From Octopus sinensis (Eukaryota), in the NCBI RefSeq assembly GCF_006345805.1, contig NW_021823998.1, positions 1-20,391 of the forward strand: 20,391 bases of DNA. The letters run 5' to 3'. This document shows positions 19,885 through 20,391 of the stretch, piece by piece; the stretch's first letter is position 1; every line of letters starts with the position of its first letter. The notes under the pieces were generated by a model, which ran no database searches, was not told the DNA's origin, and saw nothing but the letters and a program-made list of their open reading frames with translations. The position numbers were made by a program, and so were the translations under genes.

Positions 19885-20270
19885 CAAATACCACCACCAC
19901 CACAACTTCATATGTATTCTTATTGTTGATGCTATTGTTGATGGTGGCGGTGGTGGTGATAAGTGGAGTTGGTTACGCTGATGATGAAGGTAGTGGTGTT
20001 GATGATGGTGATAATGTTGATAATGGTAGTGGATAGGGTGATGACGATGGTGTTGATAATGGTGGCGGTGATGGTGGTGCTGCTGATGATAATGAAGATG
20101 TTCATAACAGCGGCGAGGGCTGCGTTGGCGAAAATGGCGGTGAAATTGATGATGACCAAAAATATGATGAGGGACAGGAGGAGGTAGAAGTGAATGTCAG
20201 CGAAAATTAAACGTCCATCCACATCAGCATCCCACCGCCACCCACCCCCACCACTACCACCACCGATACT
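19885..20270. repeat. degenerate (GAT)/(GGT) tract flanked by (CAC) runs
   Basis: Directly visible. Confidence 0.85.
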
Positions 20271-20391
20271 TCCTCACCTCGCATTCCCGCCTTCCTCTCC
20301 ACTGCCCCCCTCCAGCGACATCACAATCATTACCATCTTAATTATCACGACACGCACTACCTATACCACAGCTGCCGGCAGCAGTAAGAAT

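Overview
AT-rich, repeat-dense eukaryotic non-coding DNA (intron or intergenic). No credible host exon was found, and nearly all ORF-track entries are microsatellite translations. The repeat complement resembles an octopus/coleoid cephalopod genome (inference from recalled SINE families, not a database hit). Contents: about 12 copies or fragments of three tRNA-head SINE families; two LINE relics (CR1/L2-group RT C-terminus at about 3190-3929, R4/Dong-like RT fragment at 14458-14757); a palindromic Tc1/mariner MITE (1601-1867); a Helitron 3' end (6939-7092); and many microsatellites. Three observations stand out. (1) Two type-I hammerhead ribozyme folds with palindromic stem III, the minimal dimer-type architecture of Penelope-like elements: 2364-2441 (+, intact core boxes) and 8908-8943 (-, A6 changed to U). 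(2) The first ribozyme sits in a recent-looking templated rearrangement made of a perfect 130-bp inverted repeat and a perfect 157-bp direct repeat joined by microhomology. (3) A 1.74-kb C-rich tract holds 24 exact TGACCA/TGGTCA hexamers.
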